NCBI GenBank assembly: GCA_964539755.1
Contig: CAZIKH010000001.1
Coordinates: forward strand, 1-51,175
DNA length: 51,175 bases
Origin: an uncultured Dinoroseobacter sp.
Lineage (GTDB): Bacteria; Pseudomonadota; Alphaproteobacteria; Rhodobacterales; Rhodobacteraceae
Direction: 5' to 3'
Shown here: positions 42,846-51,175 of the stretch, in pieces
Position numbering within the stretch: position 1 is the stretch's first letter
How the letters are laid out: every line of letters begins with the position of its first letter
Position numbers and translations under genes: made by a program
Notes under the pieces: model-generated
Seen by the model: only the letters and a program-made list of their open reading frames with translations
What the model was told of the DNA's origin: nothing
Database searches by the model: none

Positions 42846-43415
42846 ATGACACAAGACGCCGTCACCGCGCTGAACCTGCCGCCTGTCGATCCCCTGCCCG
42901 AGGACACCCAAGCCTATTTCGACCTTTGCGCAGAAAAACTGGGTTTGGTGCCGAATGTCCTGAAAGCTTATGCCTTCGACATCGACAAGCTGAACGCCTT
43001 CACGGCCATGTATAACGACTTGATGCTGGCCCCATCGGGGCTCAGCAAGCTGGAGCGGGAAATGATTGCCGTGGTGGTCAGCGCGATCAACCAGTGCTGG
43101 TATTGCCAAGTGGCGCACGGCGCAGCGGTGCGGGCCCTGTCCGGCAATCCGGCCTTGGGCGAGGCGTTGGTGATGAATTATCGCGTGGCCCCGGTCGATG
43201 CGCGGACGCGCGCCATGCTGGATTTCGCCGCCAAGATCACCACCGCCAGCGCAACCATCGAAGACCCGGACCGCGCGGACCTGCGCGACCACGGGTTTTC
43301 CGACCGGGACATCTGGGACATCGCGGCGGTCGCGGGCTTCTACAACATGTCGAACCGGATTGCGTCAGCGGTCGGCATGGTCCCGAACGACGCCTACCAC
43401 GCGGCCAGCCGATAG
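42846..43415 (+). CDS. AhpD/CMD-family peroxidase-related enzyme
   Basis: EREMIAVVVSAINQCWYCQVAH motif. Confidence 0.9.
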   Translation: MTQDAVTALNLPPVDPLPEDTQAYFDLCAEKLGLVPNVLKAYAFDIDKLNAFTAMYNDLMLAPSGLSKLEREMIAVVVSAINQCWYCQVAHGAAVRALSGNPALGEALVMNYRVAPVDARTRAMLDFAAKITTASATIEDPDRADLRDHGFSDRDIWDIAAVAGFYNMSNRIASAVGMVPNDAYHAASR

Positions 43416-43420
43416 TGGCG

Positions 43421-44356
43421 ATGCGATGGACTTGGCTTGTCTTGGGGACCGCTGCCCTGCTGGCAGCGCCGGCAGCCGCATTCGAATTTCCGCGCCCCGC
43501 AACGCTTGTCTTTGAATCCAGCGATACCATGGGGCGCTATGCCCTGCCCGTCGGCCCGGTGACCGCCGAAGGTCTGAACCTGACCTTCAAGAACGGTCAG
43601 GTGCTGCGCCGGGCATGGCAGATCCCCGACACTGACTTGACGGCGGCGCAGGTCTTTGCCGCCTTGCGCGACCAGTTTGCCGCGCTGGACCTGAACACGA
43701 TTTTCGATTGCCAAGACCAAGGCTGCGGCGGGTTTGACTTTCGCTTCGGGATCGAAGTGATCTCGACCCCCGACATGTTTGTTGACCTTGGCGATTACCA
43801 TTTTGCCAGCTTCACAGCCACGGATGGGGCAGATGCGGCCAGCCTGTTGGTCAGCAAAGGCGCGCAAACCGTCTATGTCCAGATCATCGAGGTGCGCGCC
43901 GCCGACGCGGATCCCTTGGTGCAGCCACGATTGCCCGATGCGGGTCCGGGCCCATCGGGTCTGCTGGCTTCGGACCTAGGCGTGGCGCAAAAGCTCGCGC
44001 AATCCGGCGCGGCGGTTCTGGATGATCTTGAATTCGCGTCGGGGGCCGTGGCCCTGACCGACGCGCGCTTTGCGTCGCTGGAACAGTTGGCTGCGTTTCT
44101 GACCCAGACCGAAGGGGCGCGCGTCGTGCTGGTGGGGCATACCGATGCCACCGGATCGCTGGAACAGAACCTAAGCCTGTCGCTGCAACGGGCCGAAGCT
44201 GTGGTGGACCGCTTGGTGCGCAACCTTGGCGTTTCGCCCGATCAAGTGCGCGCTGAAGGTATCGGTTTTCTGGCCCCCCGTGCGACCAATGTCACCGAAG
44301 CCGGTCGCCGGGCGAACCGCCGTGTCGAAGCCGTGCTGATCGCACCCCTCAATTGA
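43421..44356 (+). CDS. OmpA-family peptidoglycan-binding protein
   Basis: Signal peptide; CQDQGCGGFDF N-domain; OmpA C-domain VGHTD, NLSLSLQRA and NRRVE. Confidence 0.88.
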   Translation: MRWTWLVLGTAALLAAPAAAFEFPRPATLVFESSDTMGRYALPVGPVTAEGLNLTFKNGQVLRRAWQIPDTDLTAAQVFAALRDQFAALDLNTIFDCQDQGCGGFDFRFGIEVISTPDMFVDLGDYHFASFTATDGADAASLLVSKGAQTVYVQIIEVRAADADPLVQPRLPDAGPGPSGLLASDLGVAQKLAQSGAAVLDDLEFASGAVALTDARFASLEQLAAFLTQTEGARVVLVGHTDATGSLEQNLSLSLQRAEAVVDRLVRNLGVSPDQVRAEGIGFLAPRATNVTEAGRRANRRVEAVLIAPLN

Positions 44357-45104
44357 CGCTGCTGACATCGTTGGTCGAGGTCAGGCGCACATTGTCGATG
44401 GCCCAGCTTTCATCTTCGACCGACTGGTTCAGGTTCGACCCGAACCCAAGCTTCAGGCTGTGGCCCGGATTGGCGACTTCGATCCGAACGCGCACGGTTT
44501 CGTCATGGCTGGCAACATCGCCCCGCCGCCAATAGCCATATTCCCCGGTAGGCCCGTCTTCGTAGGTGATCCGGATATTCGGGTCGTTGATGGACACCTG
44601 TTGTTGCCGTTCCTTATGCCCGGTGTGGGTCGAGAAACTGTGTTGGCTGGCCAATTGATCGTTCAGGAAAATGGACATGTTTTCCAAGTCCCACGTATCG
44701 AAGGCGTGCAGGTCGAATTCCACAACCGCAAAGGCCGCATCCGGATCCAAGGTCCAGGTCTTGTGAACCATTTGACCGCCGCCTGTGCCGCCAAATGGGC
44801 CGAGGATACCGCCATAGAAGGGCTCGGACTCGTCGGTTTGGCCAACACTCCAGCCCGGGGCTTCGCCGTTCTCGAAGTCGTCGAAGAACGAAACGTTCTG
44901 AAAGGCGCGATTGAAGGACGTGGTCAGCGTCTGCTGGGACATCTGATTGACGATATCATTTGACAGATCATCGGTGCCCAACATGACAACCGCAGAACTG
45001 GCAAGGCCCAACCCGGCAATCCCCGCGGTCAGGACCGTCCAGTCAATGGAAACGCCCCCGTCTTCCGAGACGCAGAAATCCATGAATTTCGTACGGATCG
45101 ACAT
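44349..45104 (-). CDS. Flp/Tad pilin-like N-terminus fused to a jelly-roll (carbohydrate-binding-like) domain
   Basis: FCVSEDG|GVSIDWTVLTAGIAGLGLA, then FFDDFENG..GW, FDLHAFDTWD and DESWAIDNVRL; the fold call is inference. Confidence 0.75.
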   Translation of the reverse strand: MSIRTKFMDFCVSEDGGVSIDWTVLTAGIAGLGLASSAVVMLGTDDLSNDIVNQMSQQTLTTSFNRAFQNVSFFDDFENGEAPGWSVGQTDESEPFYGGILGPFGGTGGGQMVHKTWTLDPDAAFAVVEFDLHAFDTWDLENMSIFLNDQLASQHSFSTHTGHKERQQQVSINDPNIRITYEDGPTGEYGYWRRGDVASHDETVRVRIEVANPGHSLKLGFGSNLNQSVEDESWAIDNVRLTSTNDVSSVN

Positions 45105-45191
45105 GTTGCACGCTCTGCCAGACGCCCCCGAGGGGCAGAATGCGTGTCAAATCTGTCTCAAATGTGTTGAATTCGAGAGGATTCCTTGCGG

Positions 45192-46295
45192 TCACCCAAT
45201 GTGGCCGCGCACCGCTTCGCCGGTCTGGCCCCGATCCAGCAGGATATGGTCGAGAAGAACACACGCCATCATCGCTTCGCCCACAGGCACCGCGCGGATA
45301 CCAACACAGGGGTCATGGCGCCCTTTCGTAACGATCTCGGCCGGCTCGCCCGCCTTGGTAATCGTCTTGCGTGGGGTCAGGATCGAACTGGTGGGTTTGA
45401 CCGCGAACCGCACGATAACGTCCTGCCCCGTCGATATCCCGCCCAGAATGCCGCCAGCATGGTTCGAGTTATAGATTGGCCCACTCGGCCCCATGCTGAT
45501 TTCATCGGCGTTTTCGGTGCCCGTCAGCGCCGCTGCGGCCATGCCATCGCCGATCTCGACACCTTTGACAGCATTGATGCTCATCATCGCCGCAGCCAGA
45601 TCGGTGTCCAACTTGCCATAGATCGGGGCCCCCAAGCCGACGGGAACATTGCGTGCGGTCACTTCAATCACCGCACCGACGGAATCGCCGGACTTGCGCA
45701 AGTCATCTAGGTACACCGCCCAATCCTTGGCGGCTGTTGCGTCGGGGGTCCAAAACGGATTGCGGGCGATTTCGTCCCAATCGAAACGGGCCCTGTCGAT
45801 ACCGTGCGGCCCCATCTGCACCATGTAGCCCGTAATTGACAGGTTCGGGGCCAGTTCGGCCAAGGCAGCCCGCGCGATGCCGCCCGCAGCGACCCGGGCA
45901 GCCGTTTCGCGGGCCGAGGATCGTCCACCCCCGCGCGGGTCCCGTATCCCGTATTTCTGCCAATAGGTGATGTCTGCATGACCGGGGCGAAACTTCTGCG
46001 CGATATCGCCATAATCCTTCGAACGCTGATCGGTGTTCCGGATCATCAACTGGATCGGCGTGCCGGTGCTAAGGCCTTCATAGACGCCTGACAGCACCTC
46101 AACCGCATCGGGTTCCCGGCGCTGTGTCGTGTATTTGTTCTGACCCGGTTTGCGCTTGTCCAGCCAGTGCTGCAGCGCTTCGGCCGTGACAGGGATACCG
46201 GGCGGGCAACCATCCACGGTCGCACCCAAGGCCGGGCCATGGCTTTCGCCCCATGTTGTGACCCGAAACAAATGTCCGAAGCTGTTCAAACTCAT
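45192..46295 (-). CDS. aroC: Chorismate synthase
   Basis: [29 protein letters not shown] and GRHDPC. Confidence 0.97.
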   Translation of the reverse strand: MSLNSFGHLFRVTTWGESHGPALGATVDGCPPGIPVTAEALQHWLDKRKPGQNKYTTQRREPDAVEVLSGVYEGLSTGTPIQLMIRNTDQRSKDYGDIAQKFRPGHADITYWQKYGIRDPRGGGRSSARETAARVAAGGIARAALAELAPNLSITGYMVQMGPHGIDRARFDWDEIARNPFWTPDATAAKDWAVYLDDLRKSGDSVGAVIEVTARNVPVGLGAPIYGKLDTDLAAAMMSINAVKGVEIGDGMAAAALTGTENADEISMGPSGPIYNSNHAGGILGGISTGQDVIVRFAVKPTSSILTPRKTITKAGEPAEIVTKGRHDPCVGIRAVPVGEAMMACVLLDHILLDRGQTGEAVRGHIG

Positions 46296-46401
46296 GACCT
46301 GCCCTTTCCGATGCGGCCCAGTTAACCCGCCCGCGCCCGACTGCCAAGACGGCACCGCGACCTGTTGACTTCGTTTAACGCTAAACCATTTTCGATTCCG
46401 G

Positions 46402-46431
46402 TTGCACAGCCCGCTGCGGCGTGGCTATGGT
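46402..46431 (+). promoter_or_regulatory. Sigma70-type promoter of the thi operon
   Basis: TTGCAC-N18-TATGGT directly before the riboswitch. Confidence 0.5.
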
Positions 46432-46435
46432 GCGC

Positions 46436-46522
46436 CTACCTCGGGGTGCCCGGCTGGGCTGAGATGCATATGCGAACCCGTTGAACCTGAACCGGTTAAG
46501 ACCGGCGGAGGGAAGGTTTCGG
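46436..46522 (+). ncRNA. TPP riboswitch (THI element)
   Basis: GGGGTGC..GGCTGAGA..AACCCGTTGAACCTGAACCGGTTAAGACCGGCGGAGGGA conserved core upstream of thiB. Confidence 0.95.
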
Positions 46523-46564
46523 GATCCTCTCGGCTTCACTTCGCCCGTCGCCATGGAGGATAGG

Positions 46565-47557
46565 ATGAAAACATCCCTCATCGCAGCGGGACTTCTGACA
46601 CTGGCCAGCACGGCACAGGCAGAGACACCCGTTCTGACAGTCTACACCTATGACAGCTTCGTATCCGACTGGGGCCCTGGCCCGGCCGTCGAAGCGGCTT
46701 TCGAAGAAACCTGCGCCTGTGACCTGCAATTCGTGGGCGCCGGCGATGGCGCGGCATTGCTGGCCAGATTGCAGCTGGAAGGCACGCGGTCCGACGCGGA
46801 TGTCGTTCTGGGCCTCGACACGAACCTGATCGCGCGCGCCCGGTCTGCAAACCTGATCGCGCCCCACGGGCTGGACATGCCCGACCTTGATCTACCGATC
46901 GCGTGGCAAGATGACAGTTTCGTGCCTTTCGACTGGGGCTATTTCGCGTTCGTGCACAACACTGATCTGGAAAACCCTCCACGCAGTTTCGAGGACCTGA
47001 TCGCGCTGCCCGATGATGTGAAAATCGTTATTCAGGACCCGCGGTCATCGACGCCGGGATTGGGCCTGCTGATGTGGGTCAAAGCCGCTTATGGCGACCG
47101 CGCGTCCGAGATATGGGAAGGTTTGGCCCCGCATGTTCTGACCGTCACGCCCGGCTGGTCCGAAGCCTATGGCTTGTTTCTGGAAGGCGAAGCGGATCTG
47201 GTCCTAAGCTACACGACCTCACCCGCGTATCACCTGATCGCTGAAGAGGACGCGACCAAAACCGCCGCCGCATTCGAGGAAGGTCATTATCTGCAGGTCG
47301 AGGTCGCCGCGCGTCTGGCGGCGTCGGATCAGCCGGACCTCGCGCAGGACTTCCTTGCCTTCATGCTGACGGACGCGTTTCAGTCCGTCATCCCGACCAC
47401 GAATTGGATGTATCCCGCAGTCACGCCCGAGACGGGGCTGCCCGGCGGGTTTGAAACCCTGATCCAGCCCGAAACGGCCCTGCTGCTGTCCCCCGACCAG
47501 TCAGCAGCCATGCGGGACGCGGCCTTGGTCGAATGGCAAACCGCCCTCAGCCGCTAA
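46565..47557 (+). CDS. thiB: Thiamine ABC transporter substrate-binding protein
   Basis: LTVYTYDSFVSDWGPGP, QDPRSSTPG and SYTTSPAYH. Confidence 0.94.
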   Translation: MKTSLIAAGLLTLASTAQAETPVLTVYTYDSFVSDWGPGPAVEAAFEETCACDLQFVGAGDGAALLARLQLEGTRSDADVVLGLDTNLIARARSANLIAPHGLDMPDLDLPIAWQDDSFVPFDWGYFAFVHNTDLENPPRSFEDLIALPDDVKIVIQDPRSSTPGLGLLMWVKAAYGDRASEIWEGLAPHVLTVTPGWSEAYGLFLEGEADLVLSYTTSPAYHLIAEEDATKTAAAFEEGHYLQVEVAARLAASDQPDLAQDFLAFMLTDAFQSVIPTTNWMYPAVTPETGLPGGFETLIQPETALLLSPDQSAAMRDAALVEWQTALSR

Positions 47558-49092
47558 GTCTGGAGGGGGCAGGCAGGGTCGTCGCGGCGACCCTGCTGAT
47601 CCTGTTGTTGGGCGCCTTGGTCGCGGTCGCCACGCAAGGCCATGATCGGTGGCAATTCCGCCCGGCGGATTGGGCGGCGTTGCGCTTTACCGTGCTGCAG
47701 GCCCTGCTGTCCGCGCTTCTGTCTGTCGGCTTGGCAATCCCCTTGGCGCGCGCCTTGATGCGTCGTCGCTTTCCGTTGCGCGGGTTGGCCATTGTCTTGT
47801 TGGGCGCACCCTTTCTGTTGCCGGTCCTTGTCGCCGTTCTGGGCTTGCTGGCTGTCTTCGGGCGCACCGGTCTTGTGTCGCAAGGTCTGACCAGCGTGGG
47901 CTTGGCGCCGTTGGACATTTACGGGATGCAAGGCGTGGTCTTGGCCCATGTCTTCTTCAACCTGCCCTTGGCGACGCGGCTGATCTTGCAAGGTTGGCTG
48001 GCCATTCCGGCAGAACAACTGCGATTGGCGCATGCGCTGGGGTTTCAGCCGTCCGACATTCAACGGCATATCGAATGGCCCATGCTGCGCGGGATCTTGC
48101 CCGGCCTGTTCTTGGTCGTCTTCCTGATCTGCACTACCTCCTTCGCGGTTGCCTTGACCATGGGCGGGGGGCCGCGCTCCACCACGTTGGAACTGGCCAT
48201 TTATCAAGCCTTTCGTTTCGACTTCGATCTTGGGCGCGCAGCCATCTTGGGGGCGGTGCAGGTCGGGTTGTGTGGGTTGGCTGTGCTGGCCCTTCGGGGT
48301 GTCCCGCCCATTGCAACCGGGTTGGAAGGCTTGGGTCGTCGCCCGCCACGCCTGCCACTTACAGGGCCGGCCATACGGACCCAGGACATCCTGCTTTTGG
48401 TGGCAGGGCTTGGGTTCCTTCTGTTGCCTATGGGCATGGTTCTATTGCGCGGCCTTCCGCATTTGGCGGACCTGCCCGCACAGATCTGGACATCCGCCCT
48501 GCGGTCTTTGGGGGTGGCAGGCCTTAGCGTGTGTCTGATGCTGGCCTTTGCCCTGCCCATGGCAACCGCCCTTGCGCGCCGCGACGCAGGTTGGGTCGCT
48601 TTGGCCGGGGCCTTGCCCATTGCCGTTTCGCCGTTGTTGCTGGGGATTGGCGCCTTCATCGCCCTGCGCCCTTGGATGGACCCCGCGTCGGTGGTTCTGC
48701 CCCTGACAGCCTTGGTCAATGCCGTTCTCAGTCTGCCCTTTGTGCTGCGCACGCTGGCACCCTCGCTGCGCCAGATCGAAGGGCAACATGGGCGTGTGGC
48801 GTTGCACCTTGGTCTGTCTCGCTGGGCGTGGCTGCGCTGGATCGTTCTGCCCCGTTTGGCACGACCGCTGGGTTTCGGAATGGGGCTGACGGCGGCCCTG
48901 TCGATGGGGGATCTGGGCGTCATAACGCTGTTTGCGGACCCGGATCGGGGAACCTTGCCATTGGCGATCTACCAATTGATGGGCAGTTATCAGATGGATG
49001 CAGCCGCAGCCGCATCAGCGGTCTTGCTGGGACTGACGCTGGCAGTCTTCTGGGCATTCGACCAAGGGGGGCGACGCTATGCTGCGGCTTGA
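47533..49092 (+). CDS. thiP: Thiamine ABC transporter permease
   Basis: LRFTVLQALLSA, LAHVFFNLPLA and LSMGDLG; duplicated TM domain. Confidence 0.92.
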   Translation: MANRPQPLSLEGAGRVVAATLLILLLGALVAVATQGHDRWQFRPADWAALRFTVLQALLSALLSVGLAIPLARALMRRRFPLRGLAIVLLGAPFLLPVLVAVLGLLAVFGRTGLVSQGLTSVGLAPLDIYGMQGVVLAHVFFNLPLATRLILQGWLAIPAEQLRLAHALGFQPSDIQRHIEWPMLRGILPGLFLVVFLICTTSFAVALTMGGGPRSTTLELAIYQAFRFDFDLGRAAILGAVQVGLCGLAVLALRGVPPIATGLEGLGRRPPRLPLTGPAIRTQDILLLVAGLGFLLLPMGMVLLRGLPHLADLPAQIWTSALRSLGVAGLSVCLMLAFALPMATALARRDAGWVALAGALPIAVSPLLLGIGAFIALRPWMDPASVVLPLTALVNAVLSLPFVLRTLAPSLRQIEGQHGRVALHLGLSRWAWLRWIVLPRLARPLGFGMGLTAALSMGDLGVITLFADPDRGTLPLAIYQLMGSYQMDAAAAASAVLLGLTLAVFWAFDQGGRRYAAA

Positions 49093-49777
49093 ACATCTGG
49101 TGACAGGCGACGGGGACTTTCGGCTATCGGCGCATTGGGACGTGGCGGCAGGCGAAACGCTGGCCCTCTTGGGGGCGTCGGGGGCGGGCAAATCCACACT
49201 TCTCTCAGCGATTGCCGGGTTTGCGCCCGTCCATCAGGGACGGCTTCTGTGGCAGGACCGCCCGTTCCAAGATCGCACCCCCTCAGACCGACCCGTGTCG
49301 ATGGTCTTTCAGGATCACAACTTGTTCGGGCATCTGGATGTCACTCAGAATATCGCGCTGGGACGGAACCCTTCATTGCGCCTGACGCCCGATGACAAGA
49401 CCCGGATTTCCGCGGTCTTGGCCGAGGTTGGGTTGGACGGTCTAGGGACACGGCGTCCATCGGAATTGTCCGGGGGGCAGCAAAGCCGGGTCGCCCTTGC
49501 ACGGGCCTTGGTGCGCCAGAAGGGGCTTTGGCTGCTAGACGAACCCTTTGCGGCGCTGGGTCCGGGACTGCGGCGAGATATGCTGGATCTGGTCAAACGC
49601 GTGGCGCAGGGGGCAGGTGCAACCGTAATCTTGGTAACCCACGACCCCCAAGACGCGCTGCGCTTTGCCCGGCAAACCTCGTTCATCGCGGACGGGGTGG
49701 CGCAAGCTCCGGTTCCGACAGGGCAACTGTTCGAGGCCCCGCCGGACCCCCTGAAAACCTACTTGGGAACCCAATAG
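49079..49777 (+). CDS. thiQ: Thiamine ABC transporter ATPase
   Basis: GASGAGKST, FQDHNLF, LSGGQQSR and LLDEPF. Confidence 0.92.
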   Translation: MLRLEHLVTGDGDFRLSAHWDVAAGETLALLGASGAGKSTLLSAIAGFAPVHQGRLLWQDRPFQDRTPSDRPVSMVFQDHNLFGHLDVTQNIALGRNPSLRLTPDDKTRISAVLAEVGLDGLGTRRPSELSGGQQSRVALARALVRQKGLWLLDEPFAALGPGLRRDMLDLVKRVAQGAGATVILVTHDPQDALRFARQTSFIADGVAQAPVPTGQLFEAPPDPLKTYLGTQ

Positions 49778-49805
49778 AAAAAGCGCGCCCCCTTAGGGGA
49801 CGCGC
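49778..49805 (-). terminator. Intrinsic terminator of the pet operon
   Basis: Minus strand reads GCGCGTCCCC-TAA-GGGGGCGCGC-TTTTT. Confidence 0.75.
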
Positions 49806-49831
49806 CTGTTCGTGAAACAAGATCGACAGGC

Positions 49832-50632
49832 TTATTCGCCCGCTTGACCCTTCGCCCGTGCCTTGACCGGCGCCCAGATGCGCTTGTTGGTCAGGTACAG
49901 CAGCACGGTCAGCACGGTCAGGAAGAAGACCGCCGTAAACCCGGCTTGCTTGCGGTGGTTCAGCTTGGGTTCCGCCGTCCACATCAGGAACGCGGCGACG
50001 TCTTGCGCCACCGATTCCAGATCGGTCGGCGAGCCGTCCGCATAGACCACGTCATCCCCCCACAGCGGCGGCGCCATCGAGATATAGCCGCCCGGGAAGG
50101 CCTTGTTTTCGTACAGGATGGTGCCTGCTTCTTCCTTTTCATGGCCGGTATAGCCCGCCAGCAGCGACGCGATGTATTCCGCGCCACCCATGCCGTTGAC
50201 CAACTGGCTGATACCCGTGCCGTAGGGCCCGTGGAAGCCAGCCCGCGCCTTTGCCATCAAGGACAGGTCGGGGGCATTTTCCAGACCGGATTCCGGGAAG
50301 TGATCGTTGGGCGTTGCCGCCCGCCAATCGTCCAGTTCGGGATCGTAGATCTCGTAGAACGCAGCGTAGGCGCGGACCTGATCTTCCGGCAGCTCCGGCC
50401 CACCAACATCGCCCAGCGTCCGGAAGGGGACGTAGCGCAAGCCGTGGCAGGCGGCGCAGATCTCGGTATAGACCTGCAAGCCGCGCTGTAGCTGTGCGGT
50501 GTCATAGGTTCCGAACGGGCCCTCAAAGGGGAAGGCGTAGTCGGTAACCTCACCTGCCGCGCCGGCCGCGTGGACCGCGCCGCCGGACAAGGACAGCGCC
50601 AAGGCGGCAGTGAGTGCGAGTTTCTTCAACAT
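49832..50632 (-). CDS. petC: Cytochrome c1
   Basis: Signal peptide, CAACH heme motif, [10 protein letters not shown] and C-terminal TM; GAGGA RBS. Confidence 0.96.
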   Translation of the reverse strand: MLKKLALTAALALSLSGGAVHAAGAAGEVTDYAFPFEGPFGTYDTAQLQRGLQVYTEICAACHGLRYVPFRTLGDVGGPELPEDQVRAYAAFYEIYDPELDDWRAATPNDHFPESGLENAPDLSLMAKARAGFHGPYGTGISQLVNGMGGAEYIASLLAGYTGHEKEEAGTILYENKAFPGGYISMAPPLWGDDVVYADGSPTDLESVAQDVAAFLMWTAEPKLNHRKQAGFTAVFFLTVLTVLLYLTNKRIWAPVKARAKGQAGE

Positions 50633-50652
50633 TGGTTTCTCGTCCTCTCGGT

Positions 50653-51175
50653 TCACTCGGCGGGATTGGCCGCAGGGGCCGATCCAGTCGCGGCGGATTT
50701 GCCGTAATGCGCGTTGAAATCGTCCTCGATCGTTGCCGGTTGCGGCAGCGGCTTCTCGATCACGCCCAGCAAAGGCAGGATGATCAGGAAGTAGCCGAAC
50801 CAGTAGGCCGAACCGATCAGCGCAATGTAGGGATAGATGCCTTCGGCGGGCATTGCACCGACCCAGGTCAGGACGACGAAGTCGACGACCAGCAGCCAGA
50901 ACCACCACTTGAACATCGGACGATACTTGCCCGACCGCACCGAGGAGGTGTCCAGCCAAGGTGCCAGCGCCATCACGATGATCGCACCGAACATGGCGAT
51001 AACCCCGAAGAACTTGGCGTCGACAATGCCGCCGGTCAGGAAGCTGACCAGTTGCACCACCCAAACGGTGTCATCGAAGGCCCGCAGGATCGCGTAGAAG
51101 GGCAGGAAGTACCATTCGGGCACGATATGCGCAGGCGTCGCCAGCGGGTTGGCTTCGATGTAGTTGTCCGGGTGG
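50653..51175 (-). CDS. petB: Cytochrome b (3' part; gene continues beyond the window)
   Basis: [31 protein letters not shown] (PEWY motif). Confidence 0.96.
   Translation of the reverse strand, partial: HPDNYIEANPLATPAHIVPEWYFLPFYAILRAFDDTVWVVQLVSFLTGGIVDAKFFGVIAMFGAIIVMALAPWLDTSSVRSGKYRPMFKWWFWLLVVDFVVLTWVGAMPAEGIYPYIALIGSAYWFGYFLIILPLLGVIEKPLPQPATIEDDFNAHYGKSAATGSAPAANPAE

Noticed and set aside
50633-51064. Possible petB-petC fusion or extended cytochrome c1
   Set aside because: petB ends with its own stop at 50653, and petC has an RBS and signal peptide at 50632.

Overview
High-GC alphaproteobacterial chromosomal window whose gene content and order look like Rhodobacteraceae/Roseobacteraceae core genome. 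It holds about 50 CDS: glnK-amtB, tyrB-sseA, smpB, dapA, Slt, split MnmC halves, moaED-pgsA, uvrC, glpKD/glpR, matB, an Rrf2 regulator, mlaAC, a T1SS ABC+MFP pair, map, sfsA, aroC, TPP riboswitch-thiBPQ and petC/petB(partial). I saw no rRNA, tRNA, IS element, prophage or CRISPR. Three things stand out. (1) Three orphan genes (a tandem pair at 2-1488 and a single gene at 44349-45104) fuse a Flp/Tad-type pilin N-terminus to ~180-190-aa beta-rich C-terminal domains of two different types, suggesting a modular pilin-plus-lectin-like-cargo adhesin system. (2) The AT-rich intergenic region upstream of uvrC (20080-20371) carries clustered DnaA-box-like 9-mers, a perfect CtrA box containing a GANTC site and an IHF-like site, and is a candidate oriC. 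(3) A polysaccharide-lyase-like/RTX fusion sits antisense between uvrC and pgsA and is a candidate cargo for the orphan T1SS about 13 kb away. All product calls come from motif recognition by eye; no database searches were run. Start codons were trimmed from the ORF track using RBS and overlap evidence.
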